The notes under the pieces: model-generated
Seen by the model: only the letters and a program-made list of their open reading frames with translations
Told to the model about the DNA's origin: nothing
Database searches by the model: none
From: Candidatus Poribacteria bacterium
GTDB lineage: Bacteria > Poribacteria > WGA-4E > WGA-3G
Length of the DNA stretch: 64,000 nucleotides
Assembly (NCBI GenBank): GCA_965205015.1
Contig: OZ242029.1
Location: 2,624,001 to 2,688,000, forward strand
Reading direction: 5' to 3'
Shown: piece after piece, positions 40,936 through 50,010 of the stretch
How the letters are laid out: the number at the start of each line of letters is the position of its first letter
How positions within the stretch are numbered: the stretch's first letter is position 1
Translations under genes and position numbers: made by a program

Positions 40936-42178
40936 CGATCCGAATGGTGTCTCCTTCGACTACACCTGCGCGTTCGAGTGCGTTAATCACGCCCATCTTT
41001 TTCAGTTTCCGGAAGAGTAGAATGAGGGCTTGCTCGTTTTCCATGTCGGTCATCAGGACAGCACGGCGAGGTTCTTCACCGCTGACAACAAACCCTTCGT
41101 GCGTCTCAGCGAGTTCAAACCGTGCGCGTGGCTCTGGAGGGAGTTCCTCTTCAAAGACAATCGACGTCTCCGCTTCTTTTCGGGCGCGTGTTTCAAGGTA
41201 TTGTAAGGAACGGTAGGCTTGCTGTATCAGGGGAGGCACGCCTGCGCCTGTAACTGCAGAGATGGGGAAGACCTTCCGCTTCCCGAAATATTTTTCGACG
41301 CGTTCCAAATTCGCTTCAGCGTCTGGCATGTCTATTTTATTCAGAGCAATGATTTGCGGGAGTTTTGTCAACAGTTCGTTGTAATGCCCCAATTCACGGT
41401 TGAGTTGCTCATAGTCCTCAATCGGATCCCGCCCATCTGTTGCATTCAGGTCGATGACATGGATAAGCATCTTGGTGCGCTCGATGTGTCGCAGAAATTG
41501 ATGTCCCAAGCCTGCCCCTTTGTGGGCGCCTTCTATCAATCCGGGGATGTCGGCGAGGACGAAATTCTGCTCTCGATTGATGCGGACCACCCCCAGATTC
41601 GGACGAAGGGTGGTGAACGGATAGGCGGCAATTTTCGGTGTCGCGGCAGAGGTTCGCGCCAGCAGGGTCGATTTACCGGCGTTCGGATAGCCGACCAAGC
41701 CGACATCAGCGATGAGTTTGACTTCAAGACTTATTTCGCGTTCTTCTCCGGGTTCCCCTTTTTCTGCGACGCGCGGTGCCTGAAAAGTGCTGCTCTTAAA
41801 ACGAGCATTGCCCTTACCACCAATGCCCCCACGAGCGACAACAACGGTTTCATCAAGTTCCGTCAGATCTGCAAGCAACTCGGTTGTGTCAAGGTCTCTG
41901 ACAATCGTACCGGCGGGAACTTTCACAATGCAATCCGGACCATCGGCGCCGTCTCGCTGCTTGCCGGTGCCGTGTCCACCGTTTTTAGCGATTTGACGTG
42001 GGTTATGGTGCAGATCGATCAATGTGCTCATCCCAGGGGTCGCTACGAGGCGGACATTTCCGCCGTTTCCGCCGTCCCCACCATCGGGACCCCCGCGAGG
42101 GACATATTTTTCCCGGCGGAAACTGATGCATCCGTTCCCGCCATCGCCTGCTTTGACTTGAATCCTTGCTGTGTCCAT
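40889..42178 (-). CDS. obgE: GTPase ObgE/CgtA
   Basis: Gly-rich Obg fold; GYPNAGKST, YPFTT, DIPG and NKID motifs; C-terminal OCT domain. Confidence 0.97.
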   Translation of the reverse strand: MDTARIQVKAGDGGNGCISFRREKYVPRGGPDGGDGGNGGNVRLVATPGMSTLIDLHHNPRQIAKNGGHGTGKQRDGADGPDCIVKVPAGTIVRDLDTTELLADLTELDETVVVARGGIGGKGNARFKSSTFQAPRVAEKGEPGEEREISLEVKLIADVGLVGYPNAGKSTLLARTSAATPKIAAYPFTTLRPNLGVVRINREQNFVLADIPGLIEGAHKGAGLGHQFLRHIERTKMLIHVIDLNATDGRDPIEDYEQLNRELGHYNELLTKLPQIIALNKIDMPDAEANLERVEKYFGKRKVFPISAVTGAGVPPLIQQAYRSLQYLETRARKEAETSIVFEEELPPEPRARFELAETHEGFVVSGEEPRRAVLMTDMENEQALILLFRKLKKMGVINALERAGVVEGDTIRIDEFEFTYSPRAMQSH

Positions 42179-42196
42179 AGGTTACGTCCTTTAGAA

Positions 42197-42332
42197 GTAT
42201 CGGGGTAGGCACAAGGCTTCGAATTTAACATTTTTTAGTGCCTTCCGAGTGAAGCCTTTAGCGGTATCGGGATAGGCACGAGGTATCGGGATAGGCACGA
42301 GGTATCGGGGTAGGCACAAGGCCTACCCCTAC
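42197..42332. repeat. 19-bp tandem repeats derived from a REP half-site, ending in a full REP
   Basis: ggtatcgggataggcacga at 42263 and 42282, variant at 42301, fourth copy at 42197; REP at 42308-42332. Confidence 0.75.
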
Positions 42333-42368
42333 AGGCATCTATAATTCGTTGGCTGGTAACATCGTAGG

Positions 42369-42575
42369 TTAGAATATCTCGAAACCTGCCTCGGTTATTG
42401 CCTTTGTAAAATCTGAAGGGGTAACGCGCGAGGCATCGAAATGAACGACAGCCTCGGCTTTGCGTAGGTTTACCTTCGCGCGCCGAACGCCCGGAAGTTC
42501 TGTGAGGGCGTCAGTTACGGTTTTGACACAATGTTGACAAGACATCCCACCGATTTTTAATTTCGTTTTTTTCAT
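42369..42575 (-). CDS. Heavy-metal-associated (CopZ-like) chaperone
   Basis: IGGMSCQHC...AITEAGF; ATG at 42575. Confidence 0.9.
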   Translation of the reverse strand: MKKTKLKIGGMSCQHCVKTVTDALTELPGVRRAKVNLRKAEAVVHFDASRVTPSDFTKAITEAGFEIF

Positions 42576-42579
42576 AATT

Positions 42580-42759
42580 TTATACCTTTGTCGGAAAACT
42601 ATGTTTGCATGAGGGACAGGTTTGGGTGTGCGTCCGAATTGCCAGCCCACACGCAGGACAGATACGTTTCATCCGGAAACTTTCAACAAGACGAGACACA
42701 ATGACGATTCCTAAAAAAAGGATAATGAGAAAGGCTACTTCCCAAAAACCGATAGACAC
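42580..42759 (-). CDS. 59-aa microprotein: TM helix plus Cys4 zinc ribbon (missed by the ORF track)
   Basis: ggag RBS plus GTG gives MSIGFWEVAFLIILFLGIVIVSRLVESFRMKRICPACGLAIRTHTQTCPSCKHSFPTKV*; stop 4 nt before the copZ-like ATG. Confidence 0.75.
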   Translation of the reverse strand: MSIGFWEVAFLIILFLGIVIVSRLVESFRMKRICPACGLAIRTHTQTCPSCKHSFPTKV

Positions 42760-42811
42760 TTTTTACACTCCGACGTTCTTTACAGGAAATCGAGTGAACC
42801 TGCAGACTGCG

Positions 42812-43651
42812 TTATGTCCTTAATCCACGTAAGGTTGCGAGGTTCGTCTCGTGCATTGTTTCCATCTGTGGTGTTTCAATGATAAGCGGAATTTCCGCGA
42901 ACCGAGAATCGTTGAGGATATAAGTGAATGCGGCTGCCCCGATATTGCCATCGCCGATGTGTTCATGCCGGTCGACGCGGCTCTGATAGGTCGATTTTGC
43001 GTCGTTGAGATGGAAAGTCTTTAATCGCGTTAAACCGATAACCGTATCAAACTGATGAAATGTTGCCTCACAATCCGCCTCCGTCCGGAGGTCGTAGCCG
43101 GCAGCGAAAACATGACACGTATCCAAACAGACCCCGAACCGATCTGGGTATTTTGACATGCCGATGACATCGCGCAAATGTTCAAAGCAGTAGCCGAGGT
43201 TCGTGCCTTGCCCAGCGGTGGTCTCAAGGAGAACAGTGACATCGGGTGCATCGCCGTTTTCAAATAGAAAATCGAAACTTTCGCTTAGCAGTTTTAAGCC
43301 GAGTTCTTCACCTTCGCCGAGGTGTGCGCCGAGATGTGTCACGATGTATCGGAGACCGAGCGTATCCGCGAGTTCCATTTGCTCCCGAAACTGTTGCCGT
43401 GATTTTTCGAGAACCTCTGTTTTCGGTGAAGCGAGATTACTCAGATGAATATCGTGAACGATCACGTCTCCAATGGGGGATACCGCCCAAGCCTCTCGAA
43501 ACTTTTCAATGACTGTAGGGGTCGGCGGTTTCGCCACCCATCGGTTCGGGTTTCTCAAAAAAATTTGGATTGTGTCGCAGTGGAGTTTGTCGCCATTTTT
43601 GATGGCGTTGTGTAAACCACCTGCTGTGGATACGTGTGCACCGAGGATCAT
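42812..43651 (-). CDS. nfo: Endonuclease IV
   Basis: LGAHVS.AGG, LLETTAGQGT.LG, CLDTCH, HLND and DRHEHIG.G motifs. Confidence 0.95.
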   Translation of the reverse strand: MILGAHVSTAGGLHNAIKNGDKLHCDTIQIFLRNPNRWVAKPPTPTVIEKFREAWAVSPIGDVIVHDIHLSNLASPKTEVLEKSRQQFREQMELADTLGLRYIVTHLGAHLGEGEELGLKLLSESFDFLFENGDAPDVTVLLETTAGQGTNLGYCFEHLRDVIGMSKYPDRFGVCLDTCHVFAAGYDLRTEADCEATFHQFDTVIGLTRLKTFHLNDAKSTYQSRVDRHEHIGDGNIGAAAFTYILNDSRFAEIPLIIETPQMETMHETNLATLRGLRT

Positions 43652-43824
43652 ATTTCGATTTGCCTTTCCTTGATGTCCTTATCTGGCATGGGTTGTTGCG
43701 GCAAGGGATTTTCGTTCTGTTTAAGCTGGAGAAACCGCTTCATATAGGCTGTTCCCATTTGCGTTATTAGTTCTTTAAGCCCTGCTTCATACAGTTGATT
43801 CTCTGTCATTTCTTCGGTTTGCAC
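43648..43824 (-). CDS. 58-aa antitoxin-like hypothetical protein, translationally coupled to nfo
   Basis: VQTEEMTENQLYEAGLKELITQMGTAYMKRFLQL...*; ATGA overlap with the nfo start. Confidence 0.55.
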   Translation of the reverse strand: MQTEEMTENQLYEAGLKELITQMGTAYMKRFLQLKQNENPLPQQPMPDKDIKERQIEI

Positions 43825-43999
43825 GCCTCTATCCGGGCTCCATTACTGCTAATTGTCGAAATTTTAGTAGAATAATTATAGCACATCCTAAAAGCAGATA
43901 GCAAATTTTCTCAAAGAGAGAAATGATCATTTATAGTGACTCTTAGAAAAAAGAGCGTTTCGCTGTTTTTTCTTAAACAGGCCTTACGTGAGTTCAATC

Positions 44000-44350
44000 A
44001 ATTTCTGTTCATTTGCTGGATATTTTAGCAGAGGTTTCGGATCCCCGCAAGGCAAAAGGGAAACGCCATCCGTTAGTGTCGATCCTTGCTTTAGGGGTCG
44101 TGGCGAGTCTTGCGGGATGTAAGAGTTACACGGCGATATCTGAATAGGGGATGTTGTTTTGGGTGAGGACGCATCGCAGGTCCGGTGTGGCGACATTCCG
44201 GCTGTCATGGCGGTCTTACGAAATACCGCGCTTGCTATTCTTCGATTTGCAGGATATACACATATCAGTAAAACAATGCGATTTCTCGCAGGAAAATCTA
44301 AACAAGCGTTAAAACTTCTTAACGATACTTTTTAAAACTAAATGCCCCTG
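44000..44350 (+). mobile_element. Internally deleted ISAs1-family transposase remnant
   Basis: LAEVSDPRKAKGKRHPLVSILAL...SYTAISE* (TAG where Trp is usual) joined to DVVLGEDASQVR...MAVLRNTALAILR; ends in gcccctg. Confidence 0.8.
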
Positions 44351-44713
44351 ATATCTAACAGATTCGCTTGACTTTCTCATGGACTGTCTGTTAGAATTCA
44401 TTCGTAGGAACATATCACGATCTTTAAGAAAATAAAATATGGCACAATATGACACAATCGTTAAACACCTTTTGGAATATTTTGCAAGCGAATATGCACG
44501 GGTAGCACTCGGCATACAAAATGTAGAAGTCTTATCGACACTCAACACAGAGCATCCCTCGGTCAAGATGCTTCATAACGATATTTCCCTGAAAATAAAA
44601 CTCGATGACGAGACAGCCATACTTCACCTAATTTACGGATTGGAAGCCCCGAACCTTTAGGTCGGGGAGGAAAATCCGCCCTCTTGGAAAGGTCCAAAAC
44701 GTTCATTTTTTTC

Positions 44714-44743
44714 TTGACATATCGTCTGAAATTGTGGTAGAAT
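44714..44743 (+). promoter_or_regulatory. Sigma70-type promoter for tnpB
   Basis: TTGACA-18 nt-TAGAAT with an extended -10 TG. Confidence 0.65.
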
Positions 44744-44840
44744 GAGAGTATCAGGTTGGCAGACAGTGTTTAGCATTACCGCTTGGTAATGTGTCTGCCT
44801 CCCACTAAGCAGGGGATAAATATCTGATACCTGATATACC

Positions 44841-46042
44841 ATGAACCTAACCTTTGAATATCCTGTGTATCCAACACAGACACAGGAAGAAACCTTATTA
44901 GGATGGCTCGACCATCTCTGTGAACTTCAGAACTCTGCGCGCAACAATCGCAAACATGCGCATGAGACAGAAGGTCGTTTTGTTTCGCGATATGACCAGG
45001 AGCAACTCTTGAAGATTGCCCGTAAGAAATATGACGATTTTCGGGAAGTCCCTCAAGATTTCCAAGTGTCTATCCTCAAGCGCGTTGACAGGTCCTTTAA
45101 TGCATTCCGTAAGCGGTGTAAAGAAGGAGCAGCGAAAAAAGGTTACCCTCGCTACAAAATGCGTGTGCGTTCTCTGACGTGGTGCTTGCGTAAACATAAA
45201 CGCAAAACAGGTGAACGTGTCCGTCAAAACCCGATAAAAGCAACCGACTTTCGCCATAATCGCTTGAAAGTGCCGAAGTTGGGTGAAGTCAAGATACGCA
45301 TGCACCGCCGGCTTGAAGGCGATCCGAAAGAAGTGACGCTCGTGAAAAAAGCAAGTGGCTGGTATGCTCATATTACCTGTGAACTCCCCGATACTCCCAA
45401 AGTTGCGCCGACCGATGCGGTCGCTGTTGATGTCGGCACGACACACTACCTGACGACTTCTGAAGGTGAAACAGAAGATAATCCGCGTTGGTATCGCAGG
45501 TCCGAAGGTTTGCTACGAAAACACTCTAAAGCCCTTTCTCGAAAGAAAAAAGGCAGCCAGCGTTGGCAGAAACAACAACACACACTCGCTTTACACCATG
45601 AGCGAACCGCGAACAAACGCAAAGACTTTATCGGTAAACTCGTCTACAAACTCTATCATCATCTAAAAAACAACGTCCTTATCGCTGAAGACCTCAGCGT
45701 ATCTAACATGGTTCAGAATAAACACCTCAGCAAGAGCATCAGCGATGCATCTTGGGCAAAGTTCTTTCAGTGGGCTGGGAACATGGTTCCGAAAGAGACG
45801 GTTTCCACTTCCACCAAGTCGATCCTAAGAACACTTCGCAAACCTGCTCTGCCTGCGGTAAGAAGTCGCCAAAGAAACTGTCGCTGGCGACACGCACCTT
45901 TAATTGTAGTTTTTGTGGCACGGTTTTAGACCGCGACCACAATGCTGCAATAAACATACTTTTGCGGGCGGCTTGCGCCCATCGTGGAGAGCGTTGGGTT
46001 ACCAACCTCTATGAAACGAGAAACTTACCGGTAGACCGGTAG
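44841..46042 (+). pseudogene. tnpB: TnpB RNA-guided endonuclease, frameshifted at about 45787
   Basis: N-terminal YPT..QE..L helix; RuvC VDVG and AEDL motifs in one frame; TSQTCSACG, CSFCG and DRDHNAAINI in a second frame (45752-46042 ORF). Confidence 0.88.
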
Positions 46043-46118
46043 GCTTGTTGGAACTAACACGCTAACAAGCCCCATGCTTTAGCATGGGGTACTATGACGT
46101 ATAAGGTGGTTCGGCTGT
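46000..46118 (+). ncRNA. Predicted TnpB omega/reRNA scaffold plus flank-derived guide
   Basis: Stacked hairpins at 46024-46043, 46043-46070 and 46070-46089 at the right end. Position inferred from known TnpB biology; 5' boundary uncertain. Confidence 0.5.
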
Positions 46119-46689
46119 ATGCGTTAGAGGGTGAATCGGTGTTGGATGCGGCATTGACGGGACTATTACCGTTTACACCCTTGATGGTGCCTCCTTCGAG
46201 CATGTCAGAGACGGTATGGGCTGCGAAATGTGTAGATGCTGCGCGTGCAGCACCTGTAGACGAGACGACGCGTGCGACGCTTTTTTTTGCAATGCGTGTT
46301 TTCAGTAACTTCGGTAACTTGGAAGAACTTTTTGACACATTGATAACGGAGGACATCATGCAAGCATCACCTTTCTACCAAGAACTCCAACAACGTTTTT
46401 TACAGCAAGGGGTCGAACAAGGCACCCGCGACAACATTCTCGCTGTGCTTACGGCGCGCTTTCCACACGGGGATGTGGAGACCGTAAAACCGACTTTGGA
46501 GGCGATATCCGACCTTGAGCAGCTCAATCAGCTGCTCCGCACGGCTTCACTCACCGGGAGTTTCGAGGCGTTCCTACAGGCACTTGGGAACTAAGATATG
46601 GTAGGCGTTCCCGCATCTACTTCGGGTCCCTCAACATCTTGCAAATGTGTGAATCAACCTTCACGAAAGAGTCGCGTTAGTTCTATCTA

Positions 46690-47706
46690 TCAGGGATGCA
46701 CGACAGTCTTGATTCCGCGTTGGGCGGCGGCGTTATCGAACGCGGCTAACCCTTGTGCAATTGGGAACCGATCTGTTAGCAGCGGCTCGAAATTGAGTGC
46801 TTTTTCTATCAAAAGTTGCCGCGACGCTTCAAGACTTGAACGGGAAAACGCCCACGAAGCCATCAGTTTATGACCCGTATAATGGAATTCCTCTAAATTG
46901 ATATGGAGCGTTTCACCATCCGGAGCAAGTCCAAAGAAGTTGACGCATCCGCCTCTGCGGACAAGCTCGAAAGCGAGGGCAATTACGGATGCCTTATTGG
47001 TTGTGGAAGAGATGACAGTATCAACGCCTCCGTGGGTGATGTCTTGAAACTGCGTGATTGCCTCCGGCGAAGTATCAAAAGCGTGATCGGCACCGAGCAC
47101 TTCAGCGGCAGTCCTGCGGTGCGCCAGCGGTTCGACCACATAGGTCGCCAAACCGGCTCGCTTCGCCAATTGCGTGAATATCAAGCCGATAGGACCGGCA
47201 CCGAGAATAGCAACGGAATTCTTGAAAAGGGTTTCCTGCATCGCATTCAGGCAGCAGCCCAGCGGTTCCAGAAAGAGCAACTCTTTAGGTGGGACACTGT
47301 CAGGCACTCGGATCAGTTTACCGGTATCCACGCCGTGTTTCGGCATCCGCATATACTCGGCGTAACCCCCATCAATATCGTGACCGATGCCTTCAATAGT
47401 ATTGCAGTATTTGTCCAGATCGTTCTGGCATTCGGGACAGACACCACAGGAAAGCATCGGATTGACAGTAACCCGTTCACCGATTTTGACGTCGGGATGT
47501 CGACTCTCTACGACTACGCCTGCGAGTTCATGTCCCATCACGACGGGTGGCGCGTAATCCGATACATCTCCACGTAGCGCGGCGAGGTCGGAGGCGCAAA
47601 TGCCGCAGAGCTCCATCTGAATGAGCACATCTCCGGTCGCGAGTGTAGGGATGGGTTTCTCATGGATACGTAATTGCTGAATTTTCTCAAAAACGATAGC
47701 CTTCAT
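46690..47706 (-). CDS. Zinc-dependent alcohol/sugar dehydrogenase (MDR)
   Basis: CGICASD, GHE, CGVCPEC...C, EPL and GAGPIG motifs. Confidence 0.92.
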   Translation of the reverse strand: MKAIVFEKIQQLRIHEKPIPTLATGDVLIQMELCGICASDLAALRGDVSDYAPPVVMGHELAGVVVESRHPDVKIGERVTVNPMLSCGVCPECQNDLDKYCNTIEGIGHDIDGGYAEYMRMPKHGVDTGKLIRVPDSVPPKELLFLEPLGCCLNAMQETLFKNSVAILGAGPIGLIFTQLAKRAGLATYVVEPLAHRRTAAEVLGADHAFDTSPEAITQFQDITHGGVDTVISSTTNKASVIALAFELVRRGGCVNFFGLAPDGETLHINLEEFHYTGHKLMASWAFSRSSLEASRQLLIEKALNFEPLLTDRFPIAQGLAAFDNAAAQRGIKTVVHP

Positions 47707-47729
47707 TGTTCAACCTAATGTGTCAGATC

Positions 47730-48761
47730 CTATGCTTCAAACTCATAAGGCACTGTTTCTGCCTGATGGGTTTTGGCAGATTTTTCTGCTAAATCCATAA
47801 TAGCGATGACGCGGCGGGCCGACTCTGGGGTCACCAACAACGGTGTGCCATCGTTTAAATGGGCGACGATGTTTTCATAGTAGGTGGGTCCGGGTCTGCG
47901 ATGGTAACCGACCTGCTGCTCTTTAGGGTGTCCCTCGACTTCAGATAAGACTTTGAACCCGCCATCTCCGTCGGTAATCGCGCCGTGTGAGCCGAGCAGT
48001 TTCCACCGGGATCCCCCAATTTTCGCGATGTTAGACATCTGGATGTTTGCCGCCGCTCCGTCCGCAACCACCGCTCCGCCTGAAAATCGAACGATTGCTT
48101 GGACATGGTCCTCGTTGGTAATATCGTCCCAGACGAGGTTGGGTTGATAGAAACCGGTGACGTTGATCATCGGTGCCTCGAGGACATTGAGTAACCAATC
48201 GAGGTAGTGGGCACCCCAGTCGTAGAATTGGCCACCAGAAATTGCCTTGACACTCCGCCACCAATCTGGATTCGGTCTCCCATAACCGCCGCCCCACATC
48301 TCGACGCTAAAGACTTTCCCGATAACACCGGAATGGACGAGTTCACGAAGCGTCCAGAAGTCGGCATCCCACCGTCGGTTATGATGGACGGACAACATAA
48401 CGCCGTTTTCCTGGGCGGTCGTAATCATTTCGGTGGCTTCTGCGATGGTGACGCACATCGGTTTTTCAACGACGACATGTTTACCTGCTTCGAGACTCGA
48501 CACAGTTGGACCGCAGTGCAGACTGTGCGGGAGGACGTTCGCAATCAGATCGACGCCATCGTCCGCATTGAGTTCTTCAACCGCGTTATAGGTGCGGACG
48601 CCAGGAAAATCCTCTTTCGCTGCTTTTGTTCGCTCTGGATCGATGTCACAGATAGCAACACATTCAATGCCATCTGTATTTTGCATCATGTTTGCGTGGG
48701 CTTTGCCCATATTAAATGCCGCTCCGTATCCGAGGACGGCACCTTTGATGATATCTGCCAT
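47730..48761 (-). CDS. Gfo/Idh/MocA-family oxidoreductase
   Basis: GKHVVVEKP, HNRRWDADF and GGQFYDWGAH motifs. Confidence 0.92.
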   Translation of the reverse strand: MADIIKGAVLGYGAAFNMGKAHANMMQNTDGIECVAICDIDPERTKAAKEDFPGVRTYNAVEELNADDGVDLIANVLPHSLHCGPTVSSLEAGKHVVVEKPMCVTIAEATEMITTAQENGVMLSVHHNRRWDADFWTLRELVHSGVIGKVFSVEMWGGGYGRPNPDWWRSVKAISGGQFYDWGAHYLDWLLNVLEAPMINVTGFYQPNLVWDDITNEDHVQAIVRFSGGAVVADGAAANIQMSNIAKIGGSRWKLLGSHGAITDGDGGFKVLSEVEGHPKEQQVGYHRRPGPTYYENIVAHLNDGTPLLVTPESARRVIAIMDLAEKSAKTHQAETVPYEFEA

Positions 48762-48999
48762 TTATTTTGCTCCTTCTCTTTTATGTGAATGCCTAATTAT
48801 AGCACAAACGAGAAAAAAATCGCATAACAATTCCCTTAAACTTTACACATCCGTTGACATTTCCAAGAATTTGTGATAGACTCAACCGATGTTTATTGGC
48901 ACAATTGCCGCCGGATCGTATACAAAATACGACTTCTGAAAAATACGGAATCTGTGTTAATTCTACATACTATTCTTTACAAACTCCTTGAGGTAATTT

Positions 49000-49893
49000 A
49001 TGGCGAAAGTTGGATTAATCGGGGTTGGCAACATGGGTATGGGGATGTCAAGGAACATCCTGAAGGCTGGACACGAACTTACGGTGTATGATGTCCGTCC
49101 AGAGCCGTTAGAAACACTCGCACAAGAGGGGGCATACGCCGCTACATCGCCGCGCGAAGTGGGCGCGGCGGCTGACACTGTGTTTATTATGGTTCTGAAT
49201 GTTGAACAAGTCAAAGCAGCACTTCTTACAGAAGATGGACTGCTGGCAGGACTCAAACCGGGAGGCACGGTTATCTGTACAGCGACCATCGGACGTTCGC
49301 AGGTGATGGAGGTCGCCGAACTGGTGACAGCAAAAGGGTTTAATGTTGTCGATGCGCCTGTCAGTGGTGGGGCACCAGGGGCAGCCGCGGGGACCCTGAC
49401 AATGATGGTGTCGGCACCAAGTGAGACGTTTGAAGCATCAAAGCCGGTACTTGAAGCAGTCGGGCGGGACATCTATCACGTTGGCGAGGAGATTGGGATG
49501 GGTCAAACCGTCAAATCTGCACTTGCAGTCCTCATAGGCGTTACGTATGCGGGTATTTTTGAAGCCTTGACGTTGGCGGTGAAGGCGGGTGTAGCACCGG
49601 AGACGCTTCGTGATGTTGTCAGCACAAGTGTCGTCGGGAATTTTCTCTTCAGGGACACAACACAAAATATCTTGGAGCGAAATTTCAAGGGGCAGAGCAA
49701 TATCGGCACGATGTATAAGGATCTCACTTTGGCGAAAGATATGGCGAGCGATTGTGGAGTGCCACTCTTCGCTGCAAGTGCCGCTTTTGAGCTGTTTCAA
49801 GCCGGAAAAGCCGTGAACCCTGACGAGGATAACTGGACGATTATCAAGATTCTTGAAAACATTGCAGGTATTGAGATTCAGAAGACAGAATAA
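49000..49893 (+). CDS. Beta-hydroxyacid dehydrogenase (3-hydroxyisobutyrate/L-threonate dehydrogenase family)
   Basis: IGVGNMG, DAPVSGG, GTLTMM, G...K and KDL motifs. Confidence 0.9.
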   Translation: MAKVGLIGVGNMGMGMSRNILKAGHELTVYDVRPEPLETLAQEGAYAATSPREVGAAADTVFIMVLNVEQVKAALLTEDGLLAGLKPGGTVICTATIGRSQVMEVAELVTAKGFNVVDAPVSGGAPGAAAGTLTMMVSAPSETFEASKPVLEAVGRDIYHVGEEIGMGQTVKSALAVLIGVTYAGIFEALTLAVKAGVAPETLRDVVSTSVVGNFLFRDTTQNILERNFKGQSNIGTMYKDLTLAKDMASDCGVPLFAASAAFELFQAGKAVNPDEDNWTIIKILENIAGIEIQKTE

Positions 49894-49902
49894 TTAAAGG
49901 GT

Positions 49903-49945
49903 GGAAGGATGGAAGGATGGGCAGCATCCAATCTTCCAATCTTCC
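49903..49945. repeat. Octamer-repeat hairpin
   Basis: (ggaaggat)x2 pairing with (ccaatctt)x2. Confidence 0.55.
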
Positions 49946-50010
49946 CCGCGTAACGGAAGGGTGGAACTCACCACCCTCTGACGAAGCTGGAAAAGAATTG
50001 AGAGGATTGA

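Larger units (their letters stand above)
44636..46098 (+). mobile_element. IS200/IS605-superfamily tnpB-only element (IS1341-like), about 1.46 kb
   Basis: Left-end hairpin gccccgaacctttaggtcgggga; right-end hairpin ccccatgctttagcatgggg followed by tactatgac; no tnpA. Boundaries are approximate to about 2 nt. Confidence 0.88.
44439..46594 (+). pseudogene. Rpn/YhgA-like PD-(D/E)xK nuclease gene interrupted by an IS element
   Basis: 5' part MAQYDTIVKHL...HNDISL...AILHL (44439 to about 44630); 3' part YKVVRL...GLLPFTPLM...SPFYQE...LTARF...DLEQL.QLL (about 46099-46594). Confidence 0.8.

Noticed and set aside
41219-42208. 329-aa plus-strand ORF antisense to obgE
   Set aside because: Shadow ORF of a highly conserved gene; no recognisable motifs.
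42263-42319. Possible CRISPR repeats
   Set aside because: 19-bp head-to-tail units without spacers, derived from the adjoining REP.
44841-46042. Cas12f or IscB assignment
   Set aside because: No CRISPR array and no HNH or PLMP motifs; IS200/IS605 end hairpins indicate an ordinary TnpB.
46903-47577. 224-aa antisense ORF over the Zn-dehydrogenase, and similar antisense ORFs at 14788, 23213, 32071, 44898 and 51555
   Set aside because: Fully overlap well-supported genes on the opposite strand and lack domain signatures.
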